64,000 bases of DNA from NCBI GenBank assembly GCA_964187785.1, contig OZ076416.1, positions 54,250,001-54,314,000 of the forward strand, in the 5' to 3' direction. The translations under genes and the position numbers were made by a program. Origin of the DNA: Amphiscolops sp. MND2022. Its lineage: Eukaryota. Shown piece by piece: positions 37,876-48,283 of this stretch. The notes under the pieces are model-generated. The model worked only from the letters and a program-made list of their open reading frames with translations. It was not told where the DNA came from and searched no databases. The stretch's first letter is position 1. Each line of letters begins with the position of its first letter.

Positions 37876-38724
37876 CTATACGCCCGAAGTGTTTGTTTTT
37901 GGAGAAGCCTCTGTCAATCGCAATGATTTTTCCTGAGCACCAAAATCACCAGGAGATTCTCTGACTCTTTTAGGATTGCTCGATGATGACTGATGTGGTG
38001 TTTTTGGCGGATTATCATCGGCTGGATTCTTTTGCTTCCGTTTCATTCTGAGGATAGCACACTTTTGTATATCATCAACTGCTTTAATGCTGTTTACTGT
38101 AACAGTTTTGAAAAATCCATTGTCATCTTTTTTGAAGACTTTCACATCACAATTGTATGTTGTAGTTATCAATCCAAGGCTGTCGGCGTGCGCTTGAATC
38201 TCTTTTTGCACCCGCGGTAGACGTTCTTTGATGTAAATACCTTTTCCATTTAAAGAGTTTGATTTTCCTGCCAACCAAGATTTTCGTCCCAAAATTTCTG
38301 CTTTTTCGTGGAAATACACAAATTTGACAATAATAGCTGGAGGAAATAGCTGTGACTGTGATTTCCCTAGATAGTGGCATGCTTTGAAATTGCAGGGGTC
38401 TGTATCGAAGTTTAGGAAATATTTCAAAAAGTCGCAAACCTGGTGTGAAAGAGGAAGCATTGGGTCCTTTACCGGCATGTTCTCCAAGATTAAGCAGTCT
38501 TTTGAAGAATATTTTTCCCCTGCTGTAACTCTAAGTTCAAGATCAGATACTTTATTCTGTAACGTTTTGATTTGATGATCTTTAGCAGTAATTTCCGAGC
38601 ATAAATGTTGAAGAATTTGTTTAAGTTTTTCATTCTCAAGATTTTCTATTTCAGATAATACATTGAACGAATCCATATATGGTACCTCGAACAGTATAGC
38701 GTGCAAAAGATTACGTAATAACAA
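37876..38724 (-). CDS. LINE ORF1 of the coiled coil/RRM/CTD (L1-ORF1p-like) type
   Basis: Heptad coil (IKTLQNKVSDLELRV) followed by EKYSSKDCLILENMP, ACHYL, IIVKF and IYIKERL; lies directly upstream of ORF2. Confidence 0.8.
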   Translation of the reverse strand: MLLRNLLHAILFEVPYMDSFNVLSEIENLENEKLKQILQHLCSEITAKDHQIKTLQNKVSDLELRVTAGEKYSSKDCLILENMPVKDPMLPLSHQVCDFLKYFLNFDTDPCNFKACHYLGKSQSQLFPPAIIVKFVYFHEKAEILGRKSWLAGKSNSLNGKGIYIKERLPRVQKEIQAHADSLGLITTTYNCDVKVFKKDDNGFFKTVTVNSIKAVDDIQKCAILRMKRKQKNPADDNPPKTPHQSSSSNPKRVRESPGDFGAQEKSLRLTEASPKTNTSGV

Positions 38725-39347
38725 GAATAAGAATACAGCTGTAACGACCGACTGTTCAGCTCAACATTTGACTTCAGCACAACAATCAGTTGGTCATATG
38801 ATCGAATGGTGAGATTAACAGCTTTCTCAGAGGATTTTATTGAGCTTGTCGTGAGGTCAGCGAATCATCCAACGTATTGGATGAGTATTGGAGGTGGTGA
38901 TAGCATTTTCGAAAATCTTTTACTTTGAGAAAAAATCTCGAAACACTCATGGTCGAGCAAAACTCAAATTTCACCTTGGTTCATCGGCTTTTTTAGACGG
39001 CGTTTCTATGAAAGGTAGAATCTACTATGGTAAGGGGTTTTTTGTCCGTTTTTTCAATCGTCTAGTGCTGAGCAAAAAAGTTCCATAAAATTCTCTGCAA
39101 TTTCAACTTATTATATACAAGGCATAGATAGGGCCCAAGTTTTTGATTTCCATTTTTACAATTTCGGAAATTTGATAAATTTAAGTTTAAAATACCTTTC
39201 GAGCCTTGAGATTATTTGCGATACTTTTCAGCACGAGATTTCGCTAGAATTTCTCAAAAACAGCCTCTAATCTTTTTCTCTAAATCTTTTGAACCCTAAA
39301 CGTGCCCTGAAATCTTCTGTTTGCAGCTTGTTTCCTTTTTTTTAAAA

Positions 39348-39540
39348 TTTTCCGCCCACATATAATGGGGGAGGAAAATCATATTCTATGTTGCGTTTTT
39401 TTTCCAAATTCGGCCAAATCTCCACGATCTCCATCGACTTGACTATTTTAGTTATAGTAACTAAAATAGTCAAGTAATTAAAATAGCTATGGCTCAGTTG
39501 AAGCGGAAAATAGCCGGTGAACAGCGGGCGTCTTTTTTCA
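39348..39540 (+). repeat. Composite tRNA-derived repeat, copy 3 (internally deleted)
   Basis: Same CCGCCCACATATAATGGGGG start, A-box-like TGGCTCAGTTG, and AGCGGGCGTCTT end as the copies at 1.4-2.1 kb. Confidence 0.6.
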
Positions 39541-40440
39541 TTATCAACTTTGATGATCAAGCAGATTTAGTTATATTGACAAAGTTCACTGTTCCATTGA
39601 TTGGAAGTATCACATCAAATGGAACAAGAAAAGTGAAATGAAACTTCGACTTTATCGATCGAATACATGTAACAAAAGCGGATCTCGAAAAGTTAGTTAT
39701 GTATCGTCCTGTAACATTTTATGTCACTCTGTGCTTCTCTCAAATTTTTCAGCTCTTTAGAAAAGCTAATTGTTCACCAAGTCGACCACGCTCTTGACGC
39801 TATTAGTTTCCGTTTTCTTAAGAAACGAAAAAAATAGCTTTAGCACGGGCTTTTTCTCCAATTTCATTTACTGCATCATTTTTGCCAATAGCTACTAAAT
39901 GCGTTTGGAAAGCTAAAGAGTACTTTCCAATTGGCCTAGAGTTAACAATAGTTTATTTGTCTTGTGATCGGCCTGCGAAGCAAGAGTACGTGGGTTCGAG
40001 ACCCCGCTAGACCAAAATGCTTACAAAGGCACAGGGAAGGCGAAATGCCCCTTTAAGGTTTTCTGACACTCTTTCGCAACAAAACCCACCAAATTTTGGT
40101 TATTTGGTTTTCTGTTGAGAAAAACAGTTTTCTAGTGCTAAGATGGGCTTTTCGTGTTATATATTAGTAATCTGGGACTGATAAGAGTTTTCCAAAAAGT
40201 GTTTCAAAGTATAAGAAAAAGACGCAAGGCTTTTTTGACTCTGTGCACTTTTTTCAATCACTTTTCTCACTAAAAAATCTCAAGCAAGCTGTTTTTGAGT
40301 TGGCGCTTCTTGTAGAAAATGCAGACCATAGCACTGGCTTTTCTTGTTTTTAAGACCCACGAAGTGACATATTTTATAGGCTTTATGAAGAAACTTTGAA
40401 AGAAGAGCGTGTTTTGAACTTTTTAGCCGAGATATTTGGT

Positions 40441-40630
40441 TTCGGATATAGCGTTTCAAAATTCAGATGTAACGTTTTCAAAGTTAAGGATCGGATGTAC
40501 CGTTTTTAAAGTTCAGTTACAACGTTTTCAAAGTTCGGATATAACGTTTTAAAAGTTCGGGTATAACGTTTTCAAATTTCGGATTTAACGGTTTTCAAAG
40601 TTCGCATATAACGTTTTCAGAGTTCAGATG
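40441..40630 (+). repeat. Minisatellite, about 9 units of ~22 bp
   Basis: Consensus TTCGGATATAACGTTTTCAAAG repeated head to tail with no spacers. Confidence 0.85.
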
Positions 40631-40639
40631 TAATTTCAG

Positions 40640-41020
40640 CTTTGTGAGATTTTTTCGAACTTTTTTTTAAGTCTCCAAAAGGTCCCCCTTCAATTTTTTG
40701 AGAGTTCGCATCAGAATGGATGTTAAAAATCCCCAAAGGGTCCCTCCTTAGGGTTTTTGGCACTATGCGACTTACCGGATACATTTTTTGAAAAAAATAT
40801 CGAAATTTTTTCTCATTTTTTGTTTTTTTGAGAGGTTTTCGATTGAGTAAGTTTTTTTGGTGTTTCCAGTTGGGGAAAAGGTGATTTTCGAGTCTTATAC
40901 GTATCATTCGAGGTATTTTTGGAACTGTAGAAATGATGAATTTTTAACAAAAATGTCCTTTGCATATTTAAAAGACATTTAAGCCTGCGGGGCGCAGACT
41001 TGGGCCGTTCCCGGCTTGTT
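40640..41020 (+). repeat. AAAGGGTCCCCC-family dispersed repeat
   Basis: GGTCCCC motifs and 3' end GACTTGGGCCGTTCCCGGCTTGTT; boundaries approximate. Confidence 0.6.
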
Positions 41021-42214
41021 TAAATTTTTAGAGGCACTTCAGATGAGACGATTATATTCTGGTTTTCTTTTTGAAAGAATTGGCTTTCGTAAGTGTATTG
41101 GGTTTCGCATTTATTGTATACTAAAAAATCGCAGTGCATCTGCGCCTCCTCTTGAACTCCAAGCTCAAATGTGAAAAGTGAAGCAGCTTCGTTGTTTTGC
41201 CCGTTTCTCATATAGCAAAGAAAAACTTTTCTCAACCTTTTTCGCAAATCTTGCCATTCTTCAATTTCATATTCAAAAACTAGAGCTCCTTCTAATGCTG
41301 AATTTGCTTCCTTCAAAATTGATTTTTTTTCGACTTGTTGAAGTAGTACCAAAATAGTAACTGTTTCGAAAACATTTGAAGGCGTTTGATTTTACACATG
41401 TCAATCATAATTATTTTTTTTCACATTTCAATTTCATATTTGAAAATAGTCACTTCTTGAAAAATCAATCCCCAATTTTGTAAAAGTAATTATCTCTTCA
41501 TTTAAGGTCTTCAGAGAGGCGAGTTTCGCAAGCAAACTGATTGTCTGGTTCTATTGATTGATAACTCAGTGACTTGATTTTATTTTTTTTTAAAAAAACC
41601 AAAGCCATGTTTTTTAAATGCAAACCATTGGAATCCCTTGAGATGGCCAGAAGCCACTTTACGATTAGAAGATATCAATAGACATATAGAACCGAGTACC
41701 GTGAAAAACATCTGTCATTTAGAGCTTTAAATATCTAAATGCTCGCATCCGATTCCCTTCAAGCCAGTGAAAGTAAATTTGTTTTCCTTGATGTTTACTT
41801 ATTTTCATTATAACTAGAACTCCCGATTCATTCCGTGATAGTTTTGTTTTGGCTGATCATTAATATGATCATTAATATCATGTTATAATCAATTTTTCTA
41901 AACTTTCGTATTAATTGCCCTCAGATACACCGTGTAGTCTTGCGCAAAAAATAATCACTTTGTTTCGAAAAGTCTCATGTTTTATAAAGAAACGTGGAAT
42001 TTTGTTTCAATTATCCTTTTGGACGATATTCCGTGCTGGCAAGGTGTAGGGGATCTCTTATCGTTGCTACATTTTGATAAAGATAGGTCAATTCGTGAAA
42101 AACATTTTCGAGTTCCTCAGTGTTTCAGCGTTTTTCAAATTTGTGTGTATCTTTTTTCTGATGGATAGATGTGTTACATGCATTATTTCATACCCTGTTT
42201 GACAAATCCTTGTA

Positions 42215-42685
42215 TATTTTTTAGTCGGCGCTTTTCTAGAGAAAAGAGTCGACTATAGTCATGGCTTTTCGTCAGTGTTTTTTTAAGACCACCTGAACTG
42301 ACCAAAATAGTTCTACCAAAAGTTCTACTAAATTTCAAATTTCATCTGTTGGCCCAGGGAACAGAACCAAAAAGTTCCCCGCATAACATACAATGCCGGA
42401 CGAGACCAAAGGGTCCCCCTTCCAGTTTTTTTCGGCATTGCGAGACTTTTTTTTCTGAAAAAAAATTTCCCCAAAGGGTCCCCCTTCAATTTTTTTGGGT
42501 TTTGCGACAGACTGGGTATAGAAAAATCCCAAAGGGTCCCCTCTTTCAATTTTTTTTTCGGCGTTGTGAGACTTTTTTCAAAAAATTTTTTAGTGCTGTA
42601 GAAGAGAATACTTTGAAACTTTGATGTCCTTTTGCTATTTTTGAGCCTTGGATATGGCGCCGACTAGGGCTGGTCCCGGCTTGTG
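42215..42685 (+). repeat. AAAGGGTCCCCC-family dispersed repeat
   Basis: Colinear with 12520-12930; ends GGCGCCGACTAGGGCTGGTCCCGGCTTGT. Confidence 0.65.
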
Positions 42686-43159
42686 TCTACAAAGTTTCTG
42701 TTCATGCCGTACATTAAACTTCTTTCTGATACACTTTTGAAGATGATTGACCGAAGCAATGATTTCGATAGTTTTATTTGACTCATTTTTTACATGTCTC
42801 GATACAGTCCGTTTTTTCTTCACATGCACTTGATAAATATGTTCGTTAGTGTTTCAGTGAAGCTAACTTAAGCGATTCTAGATTTTCCTGTGAAGTTTAA
42901 AAAACAAGGCGTTCCTTTCGTGTAAATCAGTCCTCTAACACTTTTTGTACATTGTTCTTCAAACAGGCAGTCGATACCCGTATTGCTAAGAACCCCGTAA
43001 ACATCTATCATTAAAATCACATTAAGAACCAAATTGTATCCTGAAAAGACAACAAAAGTGTGATCAAAACACAAATATTTCAAATCCATAATTTTTGCTC
43101 AGTTACCAAATTCTCACCCAATTCCTTTTACTGTTGTTACCCAGAACACATCAGATCAG

Positions 43160-43363
43160 CTGTCACACTATTGGCCAGTGTGTGTATGACGTCATGAGTG
43201 GCGAAGTGGGTGGGGGGTTGTCTTCTGCGGGAGGGGGAGGGGCAACTGGTGTGAAGAGGGGCAAACAGAAAGATAGAGCGGCCTCCATGAATGTACGCGA
43301 GATGCAGAGATTGCAGAGACAGCTGGTAGTCCTTGAAAAAACCCAGAAGGCCGATATGAGGAG
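43160..43363 (+). promoter_or_regulatory. Possible promoter and first coding exon of a host gene
   Basis: GC-rich island with reverse CCAAT (43170-43174), TGACGTCA (43187-43194), ATG at 43287 (MNVREMQRLQRQLVVLEK...) and donor GAG|GTAGGT at 43364. No downstream exon identified. Confidence 0.3.
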
Positions 43364-43606
43364 GTAGGTTGAGTTTACGAATCCTTTACCCTCATTTTTG
43401 AGGTCTTTTAACTCGAATTAGAATAGACTTGTTCAGTTTTTATTGAGCTTTTTGAAAAAAAACATTCAAAAGTTAGGAAAACAGTTTTTGGAGACCAAAA
43501 ACATTACCCGGGTTGTCAAACCAGAAAAATACTGTCTTGGTAATATCTGGCCCCAGTTCTGAATGTGAAAGAATCTGTGACAAGATTTCAAGATTTGAAC
43601 ACAGAC

Positions 43607-44234
43607 TAGGGCTGTGCAATTATCATCTTTTTGAGTTCGGTCGGTTATTTATAAAAAAACGTGTGAATCAGTAATTTTTAACATCATTTTTGAACAATTT
43701 ACTCAAAGCAATTTCTTGAAAGAAAACAAGTTTGCCGAAAGTTTCTGGGCTCAGAGATTCTCTTCGCGTAGTGATAATGTTGCCTGAATCGGCCAAATGT
43801 CGTTCGCTAGGAGCTGCTGTAGCTGGTATTCCAAGTGGTCGTTAATCAATTACGCAATTCAAGCACTGAGTCGGTTTTATTCTTTATAATTTATGTTTTC
43901 TTTATGCAATTTGAAAGAAATTTTGGAACTTTTTCCTTTTACCCAAAGGATTCAGATACAAACTTTGTTCACACTTTTTCATTGGTAGTTACGCATTTTT
44001 GATGAAGAAATAAACAGATTCCTGTTTTGAGTCATCAATAAACACTCAATACTAACATAATTAGTCAAAATGTGTGAACAATGTTTTGTTCAAGCGGAAA
44101 ACTACTCGAATAGTGTTGGTCTCCTAATTGGTTGAAAGAATTAACCGAAGTTGGTTATATGATAGTCGGTCGGTTTCGGTTATTGACAACTTCGGTGGGT
44201 TAATCGAGTTCGGTCGGTTAATTGCACAGCCCTA
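43607..44234. mobile_element. hAT-type MITE (628 bp)
   Basis: 16-bp TIR TAGGGCTGTGCAATTA/TAATTGCACAGCCCTA; 8-bp TSD ACACAGAC/CCACAGAC (one mismatch); subterminal TCGGT repeats. Confidence 0.85.
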
Positions 44235-44534
44235 CCACAGACTTGAGAAATGTCTGATACATAGGCTTTTTAGGAATCACTCAAAACTTTGTACTCCGGC
44301 TAAAAGTGTGGCAAAAATGAAGTGAGTCAAATTCCCGAGCCCAACTCATTTATAGCTTTTGTGGCGATGCAATCTCCAGATAACAAAAGGAACAAAGATT
44401 GAATTTTTGTCGGTTTTCTTCATTTTTTCAATCCACACGAAGTGACAAAAATAGTTCGACTAAAGTTCTTCAAAATCGTAAAATTTTGAAATGTGCTATT
44501 TGACCAGCACGCAATATCCGAATTGTTGACTACA

Positions 44535-44735
44535 TCCGAAGTAAACTGCATTTTATTAAAGGGGAGGCGGATGTTTGCAAATATAGTGCTACATCCGAAT
44601 TCTCTCATTATGTCCGAAGAAAATTGCGTTTTACTAAGGACGAGGCAAAAGTTCGGTAATAAAGCGCTATATCCGAATTTTTGAAGTTATGTCCGAAGCA
44701 AACTGCGTTTTACTGAGGAGGAGGCGGAGGTTCGA
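44535..44735 (+). repeat. Three diverged tandem units of about 78 bp
   Basis: TCCGAAG-N-AAA(C/T)TGC(A/G)TTTTA...GAGGC recurs at about 44535, 44611 and 44690. Confidence 0.65.
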
Positions 44736-45417
44736 ATCATTTCAGTTCGATGTTTTGTTTCCTTCCAAAATCGAAAGATGAGCACACCCTATATGAAATT
44801 TAGATCTTATATCCGAAATATTTGATATTTCTGGTAAGAAAAAAACATAGAGCTATTTTAGATCCAAAAGATTATCCTTCGGGTTTTTATCGGTATTGTG
44901 AAATTGAGAACTTATTAAAAAGAAAATCCTAGACGCTTTATGGAAATTTTGTCTTTCTGTGCAGTTCAAGGGTTGTTTTCACAGAGTATGCAATGTTACA
45001 ATAAAAGCAGAACAATACAACAGCCCAAATAAATATATCCCATCAACAATATCAGTATTGGCCAGCATTGATTAAATATAGACTTCAGATGAGAGTTAGT
45101 TTGGATGCCTGGTAAGTTCATGTTATGAGAAGCCTGGTTTTTTCGAGATCCTATAAGCACTAATAATTACTCACTCGGTCCGAAATTTAGTATATTAGGG
45201 CTGGATAGACGTCCTCAAAAAAAGTAAGGGATTAGATGTCGTCGAGATAAAGATTAAAAGACAGAATTGGCAGGACATTCTAGCTTATAAAAAGCTGAGT
45301 ACTTTAACCATAAATTATATCAACGTTTTTCTAAGATCAACAGTTGCTAGATCTTTGACAAAATTGTCTAAGGTCGAGAACTTTACGAAGTCTTGCAATT
45401 TCAAATAAGTTAATTTC

Positions 45418-47156
45418 TGTCGCAGGCTGCCGCTTGCGATGGGACACGGATCACAACGACTACTAACGAGCAAGAAGCCGTACCAGGTACTTTGCCCACA
45501 TTTTAAGAGAATTTTTCAAAACTTTTAGTAAAACTCACTGTTGTTTTATTATATTCATTATGTATTCGGATTGTATATTAGTCTGATTAATACTCGTGTT
45601 AGAATTCAAGCGGTGATGATTATGCTTATATGATGAATTGCTTAGCAATAACGTAATATAGTAAAGGCAAGTGCAAAGCTTAAAGGAAACGAGTTCAAGT
45701 GAACGAAACTCTAATTCCGGAGACGTCACTTGAGCTCATTTCATTAGCCAATCAGAACGCTCTATCCTGCTGTGCATTATACTATCATATTTGTTTGGCC
45801 GTATACGGCCACTTGACGCTATACCTTATTTTGTAAGCGGAACAAAGGCAAATGGCCGGATTAGGCCATTCCAACTATTAGCTTGTGTAATTGTTTAATT
45901 TGAGTATGCATGTTATTTAAAGTCATGTAAGATTATATTTGTACTTAGAAGGTGCTAATGGGCCTATTTAAACCTAATTGATGTATTTGTGACCACCAGT
46001 CATAAACTCTAAATAATAGTCCGGTGGACTAAACCGGTCGCTTTAATTGGCTGGATCCTTTGTCAAATGGCCGAATTGGGCCACATCCACCTTTTATTAG
46101 TGCATGTAATTGGAGTTGCTACTTGATGAATTAACTTGCGTATGTAGGCACGTGCCTTAGATACCTCACATACCTGTTGACACAAATATTACTTTGAAGT
46201 GTCTGAACGTATATTTGCTTTGATGTTAACTGTTACGGGAATGCGGACTAAACCGTCCCCCGTACTTTGAAGCTATCATGAGTATGTAATTGAGTGCATT
46301 CCTCAGGAATTTTTCCGACCCTAAATTCCTGAATCACTTTGATGCAATAGCTATTTTTTAATACTCGTAAAATTTCACGACCCTTTAGAACATGTAAACA
46401 TTTCAATAATATGTGGAAAATGTGAGTGTCATGCCTCAGGAGGTATATATATACACACCCCCTTCCTGAGGGGACACAAGTTGCTTTCTTTTCACAACGT
46501 TCAGTTCATTGATATTACCAGTTTTCCGAACTAATTCAATATTAACCTCGGACTTTCTTCCTAAATGCCTACCACTAGAAAACAGAAGAAAACATGGAAA
46601 TCTAGAGAAGCAGAAATGCTATCAGACATTGAGAATTTGGATATTATGCTCGGAAGAAATCATTTTGATAGAAATGAGAGAAATGAAAGTGTGAATAGTA
46701 ATCGGACCGGTAGGCCAGAAAGCTTATTCGGAGATGAGTTCGGAGAAGAAAATGAGAATGAGTTCCCAAACCCGGAAAATAATGGACCTAGTCCAAATAC
46801 CGAATTAGGCCATAATTCAATCAGAGAGTGTTCAAGTGTTGAGATCAATAGATTGTCGAGTGAGTTAAATTCCCGTATATCTCGAGAGATGGATGAAATG
46901 ATGAATAGCGTCAGTGTTCAGATCCAGAGAGCCATAAGTGAAGCCATTAGTAGCCAAATTTTGCCTCAAATCCAAAATGCAGTTATGGCCGGATCGGGAC
47001 AATTGACCAAAGAGAGATGGAACGTTCCGGCCGAGAGACCGGAAGGATATTCCGAAGTGCTGCAAAACTTAGAACCTAAGAACAATTCTAAGAGTAAGCA
47101 AGGTAACGACCGTCCCAAAGACGGATTCACAAGCACGAATTCTCGTGCTTACGACA
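45418..47156 (+). repeat. Element 2 5' LTR (1739 bp)
   Basis: Direct repeat of 59700-61442; only about 2 substitutions and two 2-bp indels seen by eye. CCAAT at 45748-45752 and TATATATATA at 46444-46453. Confidence 0.98.
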
Positions 47157-48283
47157 TGGTGACAGGAGAAAACGAATCTCCAATCGAAATTCCTGAGTTT
47201 CTCACGGGACGAATCTCATCCAGAAACCATCTCGACAGGTCCTATGAGGATATTAACCTTGACACGACGATCCCAGCGCAAGAGAGAAATGCTCCGGCTG
47301 CTCAAACTGACCCTATTACTCGACTAGCAGATGTCTTGACAACGATGCAGAATAGGCCGACAGCCCAACAACTCACTATACGCCCAGTCAATTCAAACAC
47401 AATGACTTTTGATGGCAAGAGTGAAAAATTCGAGCTGTTTGAGGACCTGTTCCACACGATGATCAAGATGCAACCGGAAATGACGGAACAGATGAAAATC
47501 AATCACTTCCACTCACTGCTGAGGAAGAATGCTCTCCAAACCTTCCGGAACATCAGCTCGAGCAATAGACAGACTTTAGAGGACGTCTTGATAATATTCA
47601 GACGAAAATACGTCAAACCCGAATCACAGGCAACTGCCAAACATAAATGGCACCGTCTAGTCTTTGATCCCAGCACGATGAAACTGCCAGATTTCCTTGA
47701 AGAACTAAATCAAGGGGCAGAAAAAGCATTCGGGGATCAAGCACAAAAGATGATTGACAGTTTGCTTTACGCAAAACTGCCACCGAAACTAAAGCGGTCT
47801 GTTAACATGGCCAGATTAGAAAATGGCTCATACGATGAGATAGTTGCTCATTTGGAGAGAGAATTAGAGCTTAACGCCCTCGAGGAGTCAGACGATCTAC
47901 CAATAGCAACAATGACCTCCTCATCGACTAAGCCCAAAACTCCTCTGTCCACTGGGCAAATGTCAGACATTACCTGCAATTATTGCAAGGAAAAGGGCCA
48001 CATGGTAAAGGACTGCAAAAAACTCAAAAAGAAAAAGGAAAAAGATGCCCAACAAGGCAAACAGACTCAGAAAAAGACGTATCCGGAGTGTGGTACTTGT
48101 GGTAAAAAGAACCACCCCGAGGAAAGATGTTGGCAAGGCGCCGGTGCGCATCTCAAACCCAAACGCAACAGACCAGATGACGCCAATGACGGAAAGCCCA
48201 ATTCAAAGGCGCAGAAACCGCAAAACAAGTCAACATCTTCAAACTCACAATCCTCATCTTCTAATGATGAGTTAAAAAACTAA
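46565..48283 (+). CDS. gag: Element 2 Gag (572 aa) with two CCHC knuckles; the first 197 codons lie in the 5' LTR
   Basis: CNYCKEKGHMVKDC and CGTCGKKNHPEERC; capsid region similar to element 1 gag. Confidence 0.95.
   Translation: MPTTRKQKKTWKSREAEMLSDIENLDIMLGRNHFDRNERNESVNSNRTGRPESLFGDEFGEENENEFPNPENNGPSPNTELGHNSIRECSSVEINRLSSELNSRISREMDEMMNSVSVQIQRAISEAISSQILPQIQNAVMAGSGQLTKERWNVPAERPEGYSEVLQNLEPKNNSKSKQGNDRPKDGFTSTNSRAYDMVTGENESPIEIPEFLTGRISSRNHLDRSYEDINLDTTIPAQERNAPAAQTDPITRLADVLTTMQNRPTAQQLTIRPVNSNTMTFDGKSEKFELFEDLFHTMIKMQPEMTEQMKINHFHSLLRKNALQTFRNISSSNRQTLEDVLIIFRRKYVKPESQATAKHKWHRLVFDPSTMKLPDFLEELNQGAEKAFGDQAQKMIDSLLYAKLPPKLKRSVNMARLENGSYDEIVAHLERELELNALEESDDLPIATMTSSSTKPKTPLSTGQMSDITCNYCKEKGHMVKDCKKLKKKKEKDAQQGKQTQKKTYPECGTCGKKNHPEERCWQGAGAHLKPKRNRPDDANDGKPNSKAQKPQNKSTSSNSQSSSSNDELKN
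47157..47168 (+). other. Primer binding site TGGTGACAGGAG
   Basis: Immediately after the LTR end and identical to the element 1 PBS. Confidence 0.85.
48274..48280 (+). other. -1 ribosomal frameshift heptamer A AAA AAC (gag/pol)
   Basis: TTA AAA AAC TAA at the gag end; the -1 frame CTA ACT TTG CCA is the pol frame. Confidence 0.82.

Noticed and set aside
40441-40630. Regular ~22-bp repeats that look CRISPR-like
   Set aside because: The units are adjacent with no unique spacers, there are no cas genes, and the context is eukaryotic. This is a minisatellite.
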